DNA of 64,000 bases from NCBI GenBank assembly GCA_951406725.2, contig OX597814.1:25730001-25794000 (forward strand), given 5' to 3'. The notes under the pieces are model-generated. The model saw only the letters and a program-made list of their open reading frames with translations, was not told the origin of the DNA and did not search any database. Source of the DNA: Octopus vulgaris (taxonomy: Eukaryota). Positions 28,046-41,611 of the stretch are shown piece by piece (position 1 is the stretch's first letter; the number at the start of each line of letters is the position of its first letter). The position numbers and the translations under genes are program-made.

Positions 28046-28937
28046 GTGTGTGTCCCACACACTTAACAAGCACTGTGTGTCCCACACACACTTAACAAGA
28101 AAACTTCTCACAGACTTTACCACAACAAACCAAACTACATCTCTGCATCTTCTTCTCTTCCTCACATTTCCACTTTATGCAGTAGGTTTACCTCCCTCGC
28201 CCCACTCCTGTCCTCTTGGACCTGTGACATTGTGTCATTGCTTTCCTCTAACTTCTGACTTGTATGGTCCACCCATGCCCTGTCACACTGTATCAGTGCA
28301 TATGCCTGGCACTTTGCCACCATCTCTATCCTGCTGTATCCCACTCTCTCTCTCCTTCTCCTGCACTTCCCTCAGGTTGGGTAACTATGTATTCCCTTTG
28401 CGGCAGTGCACCTCTTTCTGTCTTCATTCCTGATCTCTATCTCTCTCTCTCTCTCTCTCTTTCTTGCTCTCGCTCTCTCTCTATCTCTCTATCACTTGTT
28501 GGGTAACATTGTACCTCCTCTGCAGCAAGACATCTGTTTCTGTCTCTCTGCCTCACTATAACCTTTCATCATCCAATGCAAGATCACCTCTTCCAATGCT
28601 CCGTCCCCAAAAAGTTTTTTTTGTCTTGCATGTACTTGATGACCCTGTCAGTGCAGGTGCCACTTAAACTTAAAAGTACCCAGTCTACATTGTAAAGTAG
28701 TTGGTATTTGGAAGGGCATCCAAAACTGACCTCACCTGTGCTTGTGCCATGTAAAAAGTGTTAAGTCCATTTTGCTGAGTGATTGGTGTTAAGAAGGGCC
28801 TCCACCTGTAAAAATCTTGCCAAAACAGTTACAGAAGTCTGGTGCAGGCTTCTGCCTGGCCAACACTTGTGAACCCACCCCACCCATGCCAGCATGGAAG
28901 GCAAACATTAAACGATGATGATGATGATGATGATGAT
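28046..28937 (+). mobile_element. 5'-truncated RTE LINE 3'UTR
   Basis: Colinear with the reverse complement of 41612-42835, ends in (GAT)n, and starts with a duplicated 23-mer gtgtgtcccacacacttaacaag. Confidence 0.75.
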
Positions 28938-29189
28938 ATATACATACTCACATATGTATGTGTGTGTAAATACACACATACATACACATATGATCATCAA
29001 CATCATTTAATGTTCATTTAGCATGGTGGCATGGGCTGGACAGTTTGATACTGCACAGTGTGTGACACGTCCCATGGTCTGCTGCGCCCCTATGTCAGCT
29101 TTGACATGGTTTATACATACATATGTACATACATACGTACATACATACATACATATATACAAGAAGACACATCAAGCTGAGCAAAATTG

Positions 29190-29412
29190 CAGTTGTGGTA
29201 GATACTGTTGTCATGTAAATGGCACCCATGCCGGTGATGCGCAAAAGCAATCATTACACTCTCAGGGTAGTTGATGTTAGGAAGGGCATCCAGCCATAGA
29301 AAACCATGCCAAATCAGACTGGAGTCTGCAGCAGCCTTCCAGCTTACCAACCCCAGTCAAACCATCCAACCCATGCCAGCATGGACAACAGACATTATAT
29401 GATGATGATGAT
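29190..29412 (+). mobile_element. RTE 3' tail or SINE with (GAT)n end
   Basis: gttaggaagggcatccagccatagaaa...ccaacccatgccagcatgga...gatgatg. Confidence 0.7.
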
Positions 29413-29413
29413 G

Positions 29414-29473
<60 letters not shown>

Positions 29474-29475
29474 TG

Positions 29476-29513
<38 letters not shown>

Positions 29514-30065
29514 TATATACACACGCACATACACATATACGCACACACACACATTAGTATTTATATACTTATTTATGGGAGACATATTTTCTTATGGGTA
29601 ACATAAAATCTATATAACTTCAATATAGTTCAGTATTACTATTATTATTTCAGTCTACAGAGGTCGCCCATCATTCAACAACTGAGAAGTGTCAAATTCC
29701 TTGAATGCATCAACATATTAGAACATCCTGGCAACCATAGATTTCAATAAAATAATCTAATGATTAGTTGAACTCTATTCTAAGGTTCTACAGACTTGTT
29801 CTATTTGCTTTCTCTCTAAAGAAACCTTACCATCCTATTGCTTGCAGATGTACATCAGGTTTACTTTTACTTTTACATCTTGATTTGTATCCATTTTTCA
29901 TATATATATATATATGTGTGTGTGTGTGTATGTGTGTGTGTGTGTGTGTGTTTGTGTATGTTCATACGTTTTTGTGCGTTCTTATGTAAAATACATAACT
30001 ATGCATATGTATGTAAGTTTATATCTACTTGTACATATATATATGTATGGAAATATATATACATA

Positions 30066-30097
<32 letters not shown>

Positions 30098-33000
30098 GTG
30101 TATATGTCTATCTGTTTTATTGCATCTTATTGCATCTTCATCTTAGCTGTCTCCATCATTACTCATGATTCCTTCTCTTTTGCTCAAGTGATGTTGACTT
30201 GTAAGAAGTAGATGTAAATTAGAAAAAAATTTTAATGAAAATAAAAAAATAAAATTGAAGTTTGATGTTAAATTCTTCAAGCACACACATATATTTTATA
30301 TATACATACACACACACACACATATACTTATATATATAAGAGCATGCATGTGTGCACGCGCACGTGTATGTATGTGTTTATATTTTATTTATTTCGAAGG
30401 AATAGGTTAGTTATTGAGAAAACCTGAAAATGTACCAGAAAAATAGATTGCTTTATTCAATTTATTTTGCCAAACCATACTACTGCTGCTATCAAGGATT
30501 GCATGTCAAGAATGAATAATTGAAACCAGAACTCAATTGTAAAGTATCTTAGAGCTGTAAGATATTCTAATTTATCTTTCTTCCTTTGTTGATATTTCCT
30601 TCCAAGTTTCCTCTCCAATAAATAACAATCTGATCAAGAATATTTTCTAAGAAATTCTTAAAGAACATTTCCATATTATTTCATTGATTTCTCTTTCTCA
30701 CATCACCTTATCAGACATATTGAAATCAGAAGAAATTATATTGAAAAATAATGTGTGAACTACATTTTTTAAATGTTTTTTATGTTTTTCTTTTCCTCAG
30801 CAAGGACTATTGATGAGAAGTCACAAACATTTTTGATCCTTTTTTTAATATGCTATACAAATATATTTCATTTTAATCTCTTTTCAAACTTAGTTACTTC
30901 GTTTCACATGATCATGTAACCTAAATTTTATTCTTTTGATATAAGATTTTTACTGATTTTCTATCTTTCAGAGATGAATTATATATATTTTGTATAATTA
31001 TCTTCTGCAATCTAAATCATATTCAGAAACGAACTTCTTCTACCCATGCATGAAGCTAGTAAGAAATTGTTTGGTTTTGGTTAATACTGTCTTATGTGTC
31101 TGGTTCAAAAGCACAGTGAAAATGTTTTAAATCTTTCATAGTTTATGGTTTTATAATATCAGATTAACTGCTCAAACTGAATCCATCCCCGCATTTATCC
31201 AGTTAAATCCAACTTTTTATACTCTACTAATTAATCAATTAATTTTTTGCATTCTTGTTAATCAGAGAAGTAAGAGCAACAGCTATGTCGTTTTCAGGTC
31301 ATTCAAGACTGACTATGGGGTGGGGGAATGAGAAAGGTATCTTCAGACAGGATTCTTATCTCAAATACAGCAATAAAGACAGTGGATTAAGTCTACCATT
31401 CAAAATGATGATAGTGACAACAATGAAGATGAAGATGACAATGATGATAACACCACTCCTGAGAACAATGACAAAGATGACGATGATAGTGATGATGATT
31501 TTCAAAATTTACAAAGAAAAATTCAAAACCTTATATTCTACTAAAGTATACAATAAATTATTTGAATGAATAAAACTAATTTTCTCGGGGACATAATTTG
31601 AATAAATATATTGATCCTAGTATAGTTGACACCAATATTTGTAGTATCAACTCAAATGAAATGAAATGAAATGCAAAATCATCATGAGATCATAGAAGAG
31701 AGAGGAAATTTACATACTGCAAGGTATTTAGTTTTCTAGAGATTTGTAATCAATAATATTTTTATAATATTAGTACCATAAACTTAAACTAATACCCTAC
31801 AACTATCAAGACATCTTCTTCAGATGATTCATTGTATGTACTGGGGTTAAGAATAGATTATCATATAGAGATACTGATTACCTGCAATTATTTTTATACT
31901 CCTTATCACTTGAAAGATCAAGTATGTTTGTTCTTTAGATAAATTTCTATTTATGACTGACAACATTCATCAAGATTAGAAAAAGGGAATAGTGGTTCCT
32001 TTGGTTTGCTGGAGTGATAAATGTTTGAGAACCAACATCAACAAGATATTTTGCTTCCTGCAACTTTGCTATTCATATTTTCTAAAGCATACATTTACAT
32101 ACTGGCATCATATTTAGCATGAATTATGTCTCTGTTCCATTAAACTGCAATTGCTAAAATCAAAGACAGAAAGACCACAAGAGAGAAAGCAGCAATGGGA
32201 GATTATTTGGAAATTGAATAATTTTCGAAAACATTTTTAATTAAATTTCCATGTCAATTTGGTAATAGTTATTCCAAATTATGTAAATAAATCTAACCAC
32301 TTTTAATTGCTTTCGCCTCTAGGTATTTTTGAATATTAGAAAATAAAATAAGATGAATTAAATTTACATTGGGTCTAATGGCAATCATAAATAAATTTTA
32401 AAATGTGTCAGCTGCTCTTGCTTTTTGTTTGTAATGGAAAACTATTGTTGTCTCAATTACAAAGTTTAGTGGCTCTATGGTTAAAGTGTTGGATACACAA
32501 TGCACGAATCCTTTGATTCATTATATTCTGCTACAGGCAATTTTATTGTAATCCCATCCTTAATAACACATTTAGCATGGGTTATTGCTTAGTTTGCACG
32601 AGTCATAAAACAAATATCAGTTTGATTGTGTGATGGCTTACCAGGGTCCACCAGGGTATTTATTCAAGAGAAAGACTTTAATATCATTTAAGACTACTGC
32701 TATAACAACTACGGCAACTGATGATAATGATGTAGAGGAGAAGGAGGAGGAGCAAGATGAAGAGGATTACGTTGAGTTCTTATCACTAGTTTGACCCTAT
32801 CCAACAGCAAATGACAGCATCCCACTTTGTCTTGTGAATAAATGTGGAAAATGCCAAATGATACAACTCAAGATCTTCTCTATATATATTTTCTATTTGT
32901 AAAGCATTTCAATCACAAACTTTAGTGATTAAATTTAGGGTCAGCGAAAGAACAGCATAGTCACATAATCTACTAGCTAGCATTATCTGCAAAATCTCTC

Positions 33001-33719
33001 TTAAATCATGCTCTGCCATCTTAAAGAAGGTTTCATTATTGACTGCCTTAGAACTACATTTAAAGTCATCAAAACGATTAATATTGATAATATCTATCGG
33101 CATTTTGTCACCATTATTAATATCATATACATAAATAACACAACCATTATCATCATCATCATAATCATCATCATCATAATCATCATCATCTTTATCACAT
33201 CTACTTTTCTATGCTTGCATGGGTCAGACAAGAGTATGCTGGGACAAAGTTTTCAGTGATCAGATACCCTTACTTTCACCAACACCACCTGTTTTCAAGC
33301 AAGTTAATAATCTCCCAGTCTATCATACAATAAACAGCCTGGACATATTACTGTAGAGAACTACAAAACAAACGCCTTCATACGAATGAACCTTTTGTTG
33401 ACAAAGATCACAGAACATGTTAAGATATATCAAGAAGCTGAACAAGCTGAACAGGCTTTCATGACGGACTGCAAGCAAATAACAATCAAATGAAAAGATT
33501 GTATAGAACCAGTGTAGGGAAATATGAACTCACTCACATAAATACACACACACACACACACATACATACACACATAAATATATTGTCTTTCACCCTTTTT
33601 AGTCAGTGGAATGTGGCCATTCTGGGGCACTACTTAGAAGAGTTTAGTTAAACAAATCAACACTGGTACTTAATTTTAACTCTGGTATGTATTTTATTGA
33701 CTCTTTTGATGACCAGCTA

Positions 33720-34560
33720 AATTCCAGGGACCTAAACGAGTCAGTTTAGTTTGATATCTGGATTCTGAGAGAATTTTGATAGGGCTTATTTCTGGGATAA
33801 AGATAAACTGCACTTTCTGCTGCTATTAAAATAATCCTTGTACTTTTCTGAGATTTTCCACTTTGTGCTGTACTCTGTGCCACTTTCCTTTAACAACCAT
33901 ACATGCTTGGCCAGAACACTGGACATTTCAACTGTCTGGAATACTGGAAGAAGACCTATGGTTATTGAACCTGCTTAGACATTGCAGAGTCAATTAGATG
34001 ACACATGGGGCCAGAAGCAGAGTTTAGCTTAAGATATTTGATTATAATAAAAGCCTAGTTCTTTTTTTCATGTCTCTATTCTCTATACCTAGTTTAAATG
34101 CTATATCTTTGGTCTCATGGTTAATATTATCAAAGGTTAGAGGTGTTGCTTTCCTGAAAATTTGTGTTATACTGTTGTTAAGTAGCTGTACACATGTATC
34201 AGTACTCTACATAAAGTTTTAGACATCAGAAAAAAATAGAGTCGTATCAGAAGATACATCGCCAGATGTCTACTCAAAGTTTACATTGGAAAGGGTTTGA
34301 GGACTTATTGAATTTCAGAAGGAGTATAATGACCAGAAGGTCATTTTCAAAGACCTTCACTTCCTTGATCTTTGGTGGGAATTTCCTGAATCTCAGTCCA
34401 TAATGTTCATTCCCCACGGGTAGTTTAATCTGGTTGAAGAAAAAGGCTTTCCATTTCATTTGCCTGACATGGTCTGTCATCTTCTCCATCAGCAGCCTCA
34501 TGTGAATGGATGACATTGGAATATATTTTGTTGAATATCCTGGGTTATATAATCCCATGG
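33720..34560 (-). pseudogene. internally deleted Penelope-like element of a second lineage: N-terminus joined to GIY-YIG C-terminus
   Basis: GYSTKYIP...MEKMTDHVRQMKWKAFFF...YGLRFRKFPPKIKEVKVFENDL...FQ and LLNNSITQIFRKA...INHETKDIAFKLGIENR (PLE N-terminal motifs), then RFNNHRSS...LAKHVWLLKE..EYSTKWKI...KCSL (end of the GIY-YIG domain). Confidence 0.7.
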
Positions 34561-36920
34561 TCACAAAATGTATATTATGTGGCCTGGTGATTCTTTGATG
34601 ACACAAAAAGCAGGCAATCTATTGCAATATACACTACAGTACGTAAGAGTGTGTAAATTGACTAAGAACCCATAAGTCAGAAACAAAATATGATCTTATA
34701 TATCTGTCAACTATATATAAGATTATATTAAACTGGATGTTAGATAACAGCATGGATATGTAATACTATGCCCTAACATGAGCTTAAACATTCAGGCACA
34801 ATGATCTGCTTGCTTGGGAATCTGTCTAGAACTTCAGTCTCACTAAAACCCTTTGTAGAGTTACATCTGCATGACCTTTGGGCCCAAGCAACAAAACTGT
34901 TGGTATAACCTTCGTTTAGTTTCTTCCATTTTGTTTCACAACACCCACAAACTGGAAATGGTTTTTCCCCTCCAATAACAGAGAGCAGTCGCCATATGGT
35001 TTTCATACCTGCCTGCCCTGATGAGAATACTGCATTAAATAACCATGCTGTTATCTAATATCTAGTTTAATATCCACTGTGAAACCAATTGGTAAGATTA
35101 ATATACCCACTCTATTGACAAATGTTTGAGTGCATATATCTTTTGACTTATGGATTCTTAGAAGATTATATATATATATATATATATGGACTCTTAGATT
35201 GTGTGTGTGTGTGTGTGTGTGTGTGTATGCTTACACGTGTATGTGTGTGATGAGTGTCTTTTAGTTTCCATCTACCAGATCCATTCACAAGGCTTAGGTC
35301 AGCTCAGGCCTATAGTAAAAAAAACTTTATCCCAATATACCATGCTGTGGGACTCCAAACTAAAAGGCTGGGAAGTATGCAAAATTATTTAGTACAGAAC
35401 ACATATTTGATATTTCAAACATAATTGTATTCTTGAAATATGGTTAATCTTACAGTTCTTATATCAGCAATATCTTGGTTCCACATCATTAGATAATGTA
35501 GTTATTGATACTCTGCATCTGGACAAAAAAGGATGGAATGCTCACAGTGGGAACTGTATCAGTCATTGGTCAATTTGACTGGGACTGACTTGCAGACAAA
35601 CAACAACAATAAATTAGGTAACATAATTATTTACAAAAACCAAATGGTCCTTAAATCATTCTAAATTATACATGTATACCAATGAAATTACAACTGGGCT
35701 CCCATCAGAACATCAATGGAAGAGCCCAAATACAGTTAGTAAAAGAAATGTTGAACTTGAGCATCTAACACTATGGAAGCATATTTATGATATATATATA
35801 TATAAAACATATTTAGTCTTGTTGTAGAACCAAAGTATTGCAGATATAACAGTAAGTACAGCAAGACTAATTATACTGTAAGCATATAATTATTTCAGAA
35901 AGGTCAAATAGGTTTACTGTACTAAATAATTTTACAATGATTGTGGTATTTATATTTATGATAATTATAATGATGACAAAATGCTGGTAAATGTTAATGA
36001 TTTTAATTGTTTTGATGATTTTAATTAAAATTATGATGAAGGCAATAATAATGAGGATTTTAGTAGCAGAATGTATTAAAGGAGAAGAAAGCGCTTAATG
36101 AAAATGATAATGTTCAATGTTGATATATTCAAATTATATTTCATAATTTTTCCAAACCGAAACAAAAATTGGTGTAAAAACAATATCAAAATAAGAAAGA
36201 AACAAAGAGATTCAAATTAGAAGATAATTGTTCTTCATTAAATGTAATATTGTAAATATACTTCCGAAATTATGGAATAGAGAAATGTTTGTTTTCTTAA
36301 TTCAAAATACAAAGAAATATAAATACTTATGAGCATACATTAAAGGGAGAAAAACGACAACTTGACTTTGCTAACGTATCAAACAAAGCTCACATAAAAT
36401 GGAAATTTATTAGTTTGAATTTTGGATCGGTATAGCACGAATCCCAGCTTTTAGAATATTATGGCTTATTTGTAAATAAATATATAAATAATGTACACAA
36501 AAAAGCATGGTTCACTAAACTAAATAATCTATAATCCATATAGTTATTCATTTTGTTATATATATACATGAGTGTGTGTGTGTGTGTGGTGTGCACATAT
36601 GCATGTATGTGTATGTGTGAGACTTAAAATACTCTGCAACACCAGTTGTTATTCTACCCACCAAGAAGTGATGCAGAGGGAAGTAAATGACTTGCTTAGT
36701 TATACACTGTACAACAAATTTAGATCCATGACCTTTGAGCAAATGATCCAGGAACAAAACTACCAACCAATCATAGATTTACAAACCATGAAATGGCAGT
36801 GGGTTGAATTTAACAATATCAGGGCATATTTGTACATATTTACAGTCAATGAGTAAGGTGAATATCCTAAGATTTGATGATACCATCATGTTGAGTTAGC
36901 CTTTTACATTTTTGATTAAA

Positions 36921-37150
36921 TATATTTCTTTACTGCCCACAAGGGGCTAAGCATAGAGGGGACAAACAAGGACAGACAAAAGGGATTAAATCGATTACAT
37001 CGACCCCAGTGTGAAACTGGTACTTTATTTATCGACCCCGAAAGGATGAAAGGCAAAGTCGACCTCGGCGGAATTTGAACGCAGAACGTAATAACAGACG
37101 AAATACCGCTATGCATTTCACCCGGCGTGCTAACGTTTCTGCTAGCTCAG
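36921..37150 (-). mobile_element. tRNA-headed SINE family B
   Basis: Reverse complement of 17559-17791. Confidence 0.85.
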
Positions 37151-37370
37151 CTTTAATATTTTGTTGTGATCTGTCAAAGCCCTATGACTATTTAATACTG
37201 ATAGCAATAAATGTTCATATATGACAAAGTTTATCATTGAAGCTCATAAATTCGAGCAAAATAAAATATTTCAAAAATGAGGTGACAAACTGGCATCACA
37301 TAAGAACTAATAAAACTGTTATTATTCCTAGCTTTTTAGAAATCCTTGTTATTTCACATCAAGTCTCTTA

Positions 37371-37653
37371 CGAGGGGCATTCAATAAGTAATGCCCCTGA
37401 CCCACTTCCCATAGCAGTAGAGCAACGAAACTTGGCACAGTTATTAGTCTTTTTCTACATAGGAACCTCCCAGAGTTACGCATTTCTCCCATTGTTTGAT
37501 GCAGCTCTGGAAACCGTTTTTGTAGAAGACCCCAGCTTGGTCCTCCAACCACGACATGACTTCAGAAATCAAGGCTGCATCATCTGGGAAATGCTTTCCT
37601 TTCAAAAACAACTTCATGGCTGGGAAGAGGTGAAAATCAGAGGGTGCAAGGTC
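37371..37653 (-). mobile_element. mariner transposase C-terminus and 3' TIR
   Basis: DLAPSDFHLF...LKGKHFPDDAALISEVMSWLEDQAGVFYKNGFQSCIKQWEKCVTLGGSYVEKD*; terminus TA|CGAGGGGCATTCAATAAGTAAT. Confidence 0.9.
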
Positions 37654-40173
37654 ATATGAAATGTATCAAATATTTCTTAAAAAGTACAATAACAATAGTT
37701 TTGTTATCACTCATGTAATACTACACATTTCAAGTATGTTCTTTTATTCAAATTATGAACTTCTACAATAATGTTTTTCATGATACATGATATGAATTTA
37801 TGAAAATTTATACAAAATAATAAATATTTACAATATGTATACAAGTAATTTTGGAACAAAAAATTCTTCCTAATTTTTTTTTGTGATTTATCATTCCATA
37901 CCAAGATATATATTAACTGATGTTCTCTAGTGCTGCAGCTTTGTGGCCACTGCATTAACTGTATGAACCAAGTTCTCTGTTATGCTTGTATAAGTCTACT
38001 AGATTAACAAGATCTGTCTTCTGTTCAATTTGATATAAATCCTTCAGTATTATGACATGGCAGAGGAAGAAGAAGAAGAAGAAACCTAATCATTGTACCT
38101 GTACTGACCACTCAAATCAAGGCTGGGCATTGTCCAATAAGAACTGATGTCCAAATGTCGACAGGAAACACTTAATCATCAGCTTTTATAAATCTCTGTG
38201 TTTGGACATCTGCCAGACAGCTGGTCAAAGGATGTTTGACTTTTCCTCTGACTTCGCTGCTATGCAGATAATTAGAAGAATCAGAGCATACAATCAAGCA
38301 GTGACTATTTATCACAAAATATTCTCACCTCTGCTTTCTCTATGGATTCATTTCATACAGACAAATCTAATTCAATAATGAATACTTGATCTCAGTAATA
38401 AAGCTAAGGAATTTACTATTCTATTACCAAACAGTATTTGAATATCTATGCAATATATTAACCTATATTTATCAGCAATTAAAGTTTATGGTGAAGAATT
38501 CTTCTGAGAAAACAAGAAATCATTTATAAAGAATTATGATACAAGAAGCTAGAATATTTATTTCAAGTAAGTATACATTCTTACATACATATATACACAT
38601 ATATTCCATAAAGTATTTGTAGCATATATGGATATAAGTATTGTGTATCCTCCCATTCTCCTCCTCATCATCATCATCAACATCATCATTATCATCATCA
38701 ATTTTAGTCCACTTTTCAAATTTGGTATGGATTGACAAAATGCCATGGACCAAGTCAGTTATAGACCTTCGAAACAGCTTAGGAACCAAGCCTCATTGTA
38801 CAGCTTTTTTGCATGGATTCTATCGCTTGATATTTTCTTAATGCCATCCACTTAACAGGTTGTACTGGGAAAATTTTATCATGGCACCAGCACTAGAAAG
38901 GTTGTCTTATTCCCAGCTAAAATTAATGGCAATTCTCTCCCTTGCATAATCGTTTGTTTAAGGCAACATAAGTGAGAGGGTGATAAAAAAGAAGAGGCAA
39001 AACAGAGAGAAAAAATGTAAGAGGGTGACAGGAAACAGAAAAGGAAAGAACCAATGTCATAGGAACAAGAGATAAAGGGGAGAGTAATTATAGAAGAGAG
39101 AGGGAGAAACCAATAGTCAGTTACATAAGAGTAGTTGTTAAGATAATGTATAGAAAACAGTATGAGTAGCATGATGAAGGAAAAGGAAGTTTTAGAAAGG
39201 AAACGATGATGAAAGAAAAAGAACTGGAATTAAAAGAGAGTGATGAGTGAGAGTAATAGATGTTAATAATGAATGATACAGAAATGAATAATGTGTATAT
39301 GAGAGAGAGAGAGAGAGAGAGGAAATTATGAGTATGAATAAAGATGAGTAATAGTAAGAAAAGTGAAAAGATAATGGATGCAAATAAAGATGTACGGAGA
39401 ATGAGTAGTAGAGAAGAAACCATGAGTAATAGAGAAGTAAGAAGCAGAAGTGAGAGAAAGAAGCATGAGAGAGAGAGTGACTGGACATACATAAATCCTT
39501 AGCCATTATTTGTGAAAGATATTACAGTAGGAATTAGAGTGGTGGTAGAGTATTAGAGTGAAAGAAATGAGTGTGAGTGATGGATAAGAGAGTAACAAAG
39601 GCAAAGGGAAAGCACTAGATGCAAGCGTAACATGAAAATAATAGATGAGAGACACATAGTACTATAATAGCCAAATACAGATATTATAAATTCCACTCTC
39701 AATTTACCATTCTAATCTGCCTCCATGTCACCTGTCTGGTTAGAGCCTTGTCCCAGTCAAAGATCTGGTTAGTTGCTTGCAGTAGCTTATAGGAAATCCC
39801 AGTTGTTATCTATTCAGTAAATCTCTATCCCCTCATTCTCCCATCATTTTCAGCATCATCACCATCATCATCATCATTTAACATGTGTTGTCCATGCTGG
39901 TATGGTTGGACAGTTTAGCCAGAGTTGGCAAGCTGGGAGCTGCACCAGATTCCAGTCTGATTAGGCATGGTTTTTATGGCTCTTCCTAATGCCAACCACT
40001 TTACAAAGTGTGTCAGGTGCTTTTACGTGGTACCAGATGCTTTTACAAAAAGTCCCTGCCTTTAAAAGTATTGTGCAAGGTATGGCTGGAAGCTCAAACC
40101 TCTGAGTTCTTTTACAGAGCTTAGAAAAACTGAAGAACCACTGCAATAAGTGTGTGAATCTGAGAGGGGAATA

Positions 40174-40572
40174 TCTTTATATATAAAAGTAAGGTTGTGT
40201 GTCTGTCTCATACGATTTGGATTCCTAACTACTCCCACATTTTGCAGTGCAGTTTAACCAAAACCGGGTATCTTATAGTCGTGATTCATATCGAGCCCTT
40301 CTGGGTATTAGCGCGCATCTACGATGAGTCTACGATTTAAAAAAAAATTTACCATCATTTTTTTCCCATTTTAATGCATTTTTTCTCTATTATATAAGAG
40401 AAGTAACTCTCTAAAAATGTCTACGATGAGTCAACGATTTAAAAAAAAATTTACCATCATTTTCTTTCCATTTTTAATGCATTTTTTTGCTATTTTTTGG
40501 CTATAACTCTCTAAAAATGTTTATATAGTTATTTCCCTTATAAACCCGAGCAACGCCGGGCGATACTGCTAG
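40174..40572 (+). mobile_element. non-autonomous Helitron
   Basis: A|TC 5' end (tctttatatataaaa), subterminal hairpin cccgagcaacgccggg (40545-60), CTAG|T 3' end, no TSD; second copy at 63732. Confidence 0.85.
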
Positions 40573-41611
40573 TATTGAATAAAATCATAATTAACTGATC
40601 CTCCTGTATTTTCTTTTACCCAAAGCTAGGAACTTTTCAGCACCCCTTTACAAGGTTTTTTAGCTTTTTCTTATATTAGATTGTCTTATGTCTCTGTCTC
40701 CATCTAGTTTTTATCCTAAGGTCACTGATCACTTGGGAGAGTCTTAGTGTTCACAATTAGTTGCCTGCACTCTTTCCTGATGAGTAAATGAGCAATATAC
40801 TCAATACACTTACAATACAATAAATGAAAAAAAAGATATCAGAGGGGTGATGCATATCTTGTATGCACACATGAATAAGATAAAATTTAATTTAATAAAT
40901 ATATTCTCAGATGAATTCATATTTCAGCAAAATGACATCAAGAGTTATTTCCTCTGCTTATCATCTATACATATGTAACAAAGAAAAACAAACATTTTGA
41001 TTCACCTGTCTACCAGTTTTGAAGATAATCAAACCAAAATTTAATGAGCTTGAGCCAATTACCCTATAAGTATTCCTACCAAATTTGGTGAAAATCTGTT
41101 GTGACGTTTTCCAGTAATTTTGCAAACACACAGACAAACAGACAAAAATTAATAACTACAATTCCCTGCTTTTGCTTACATGCACAGTATAAATATATTC
41201 TAGTACTGAATTTATATTTATGTTTATGCATGAAGTGTATTCTGTATAGTAGTGATGCTAACTTTGCAATATATAATTGTATAAATATTAGCATTAATAA
41301 ATGAGCTCAAATTAATTTAATTTCTATAAAATAAAAAAAATTCTAAATAATAATAAAAATTATCTTACAAATATTTTATTTGGTTGTCAAAAATTATGTA
41401 TTATGAATGTATAATTTATAAATTGCATATAATCAACAAAACTATAATTTTTAAAATTGTATATAATTTACCAGTGGATGCAATAGCTTAATCCTTATAG
41501 TACTAAAGTATTAAAAACTCCACTGGTTCAATCTTCTTATCTATTAAAAGCTGCTGATGCTAAAAGGTTCCAAAACCGTTCATGACTATGTCATTTCTTA
41601 GATTATTAGCT

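Noticed and set aside
35016-35100. CTGATGA...GAAAccaattggTA hammerhead-like motif
   Set aside because: Stem III palindrome is present, but no stem I or stem II pairing could be formed.
36620-36857. Possible exon or retroelement fragment (HQEVMQREVNDLL...)
   Set aside because: No diagnostic motif.
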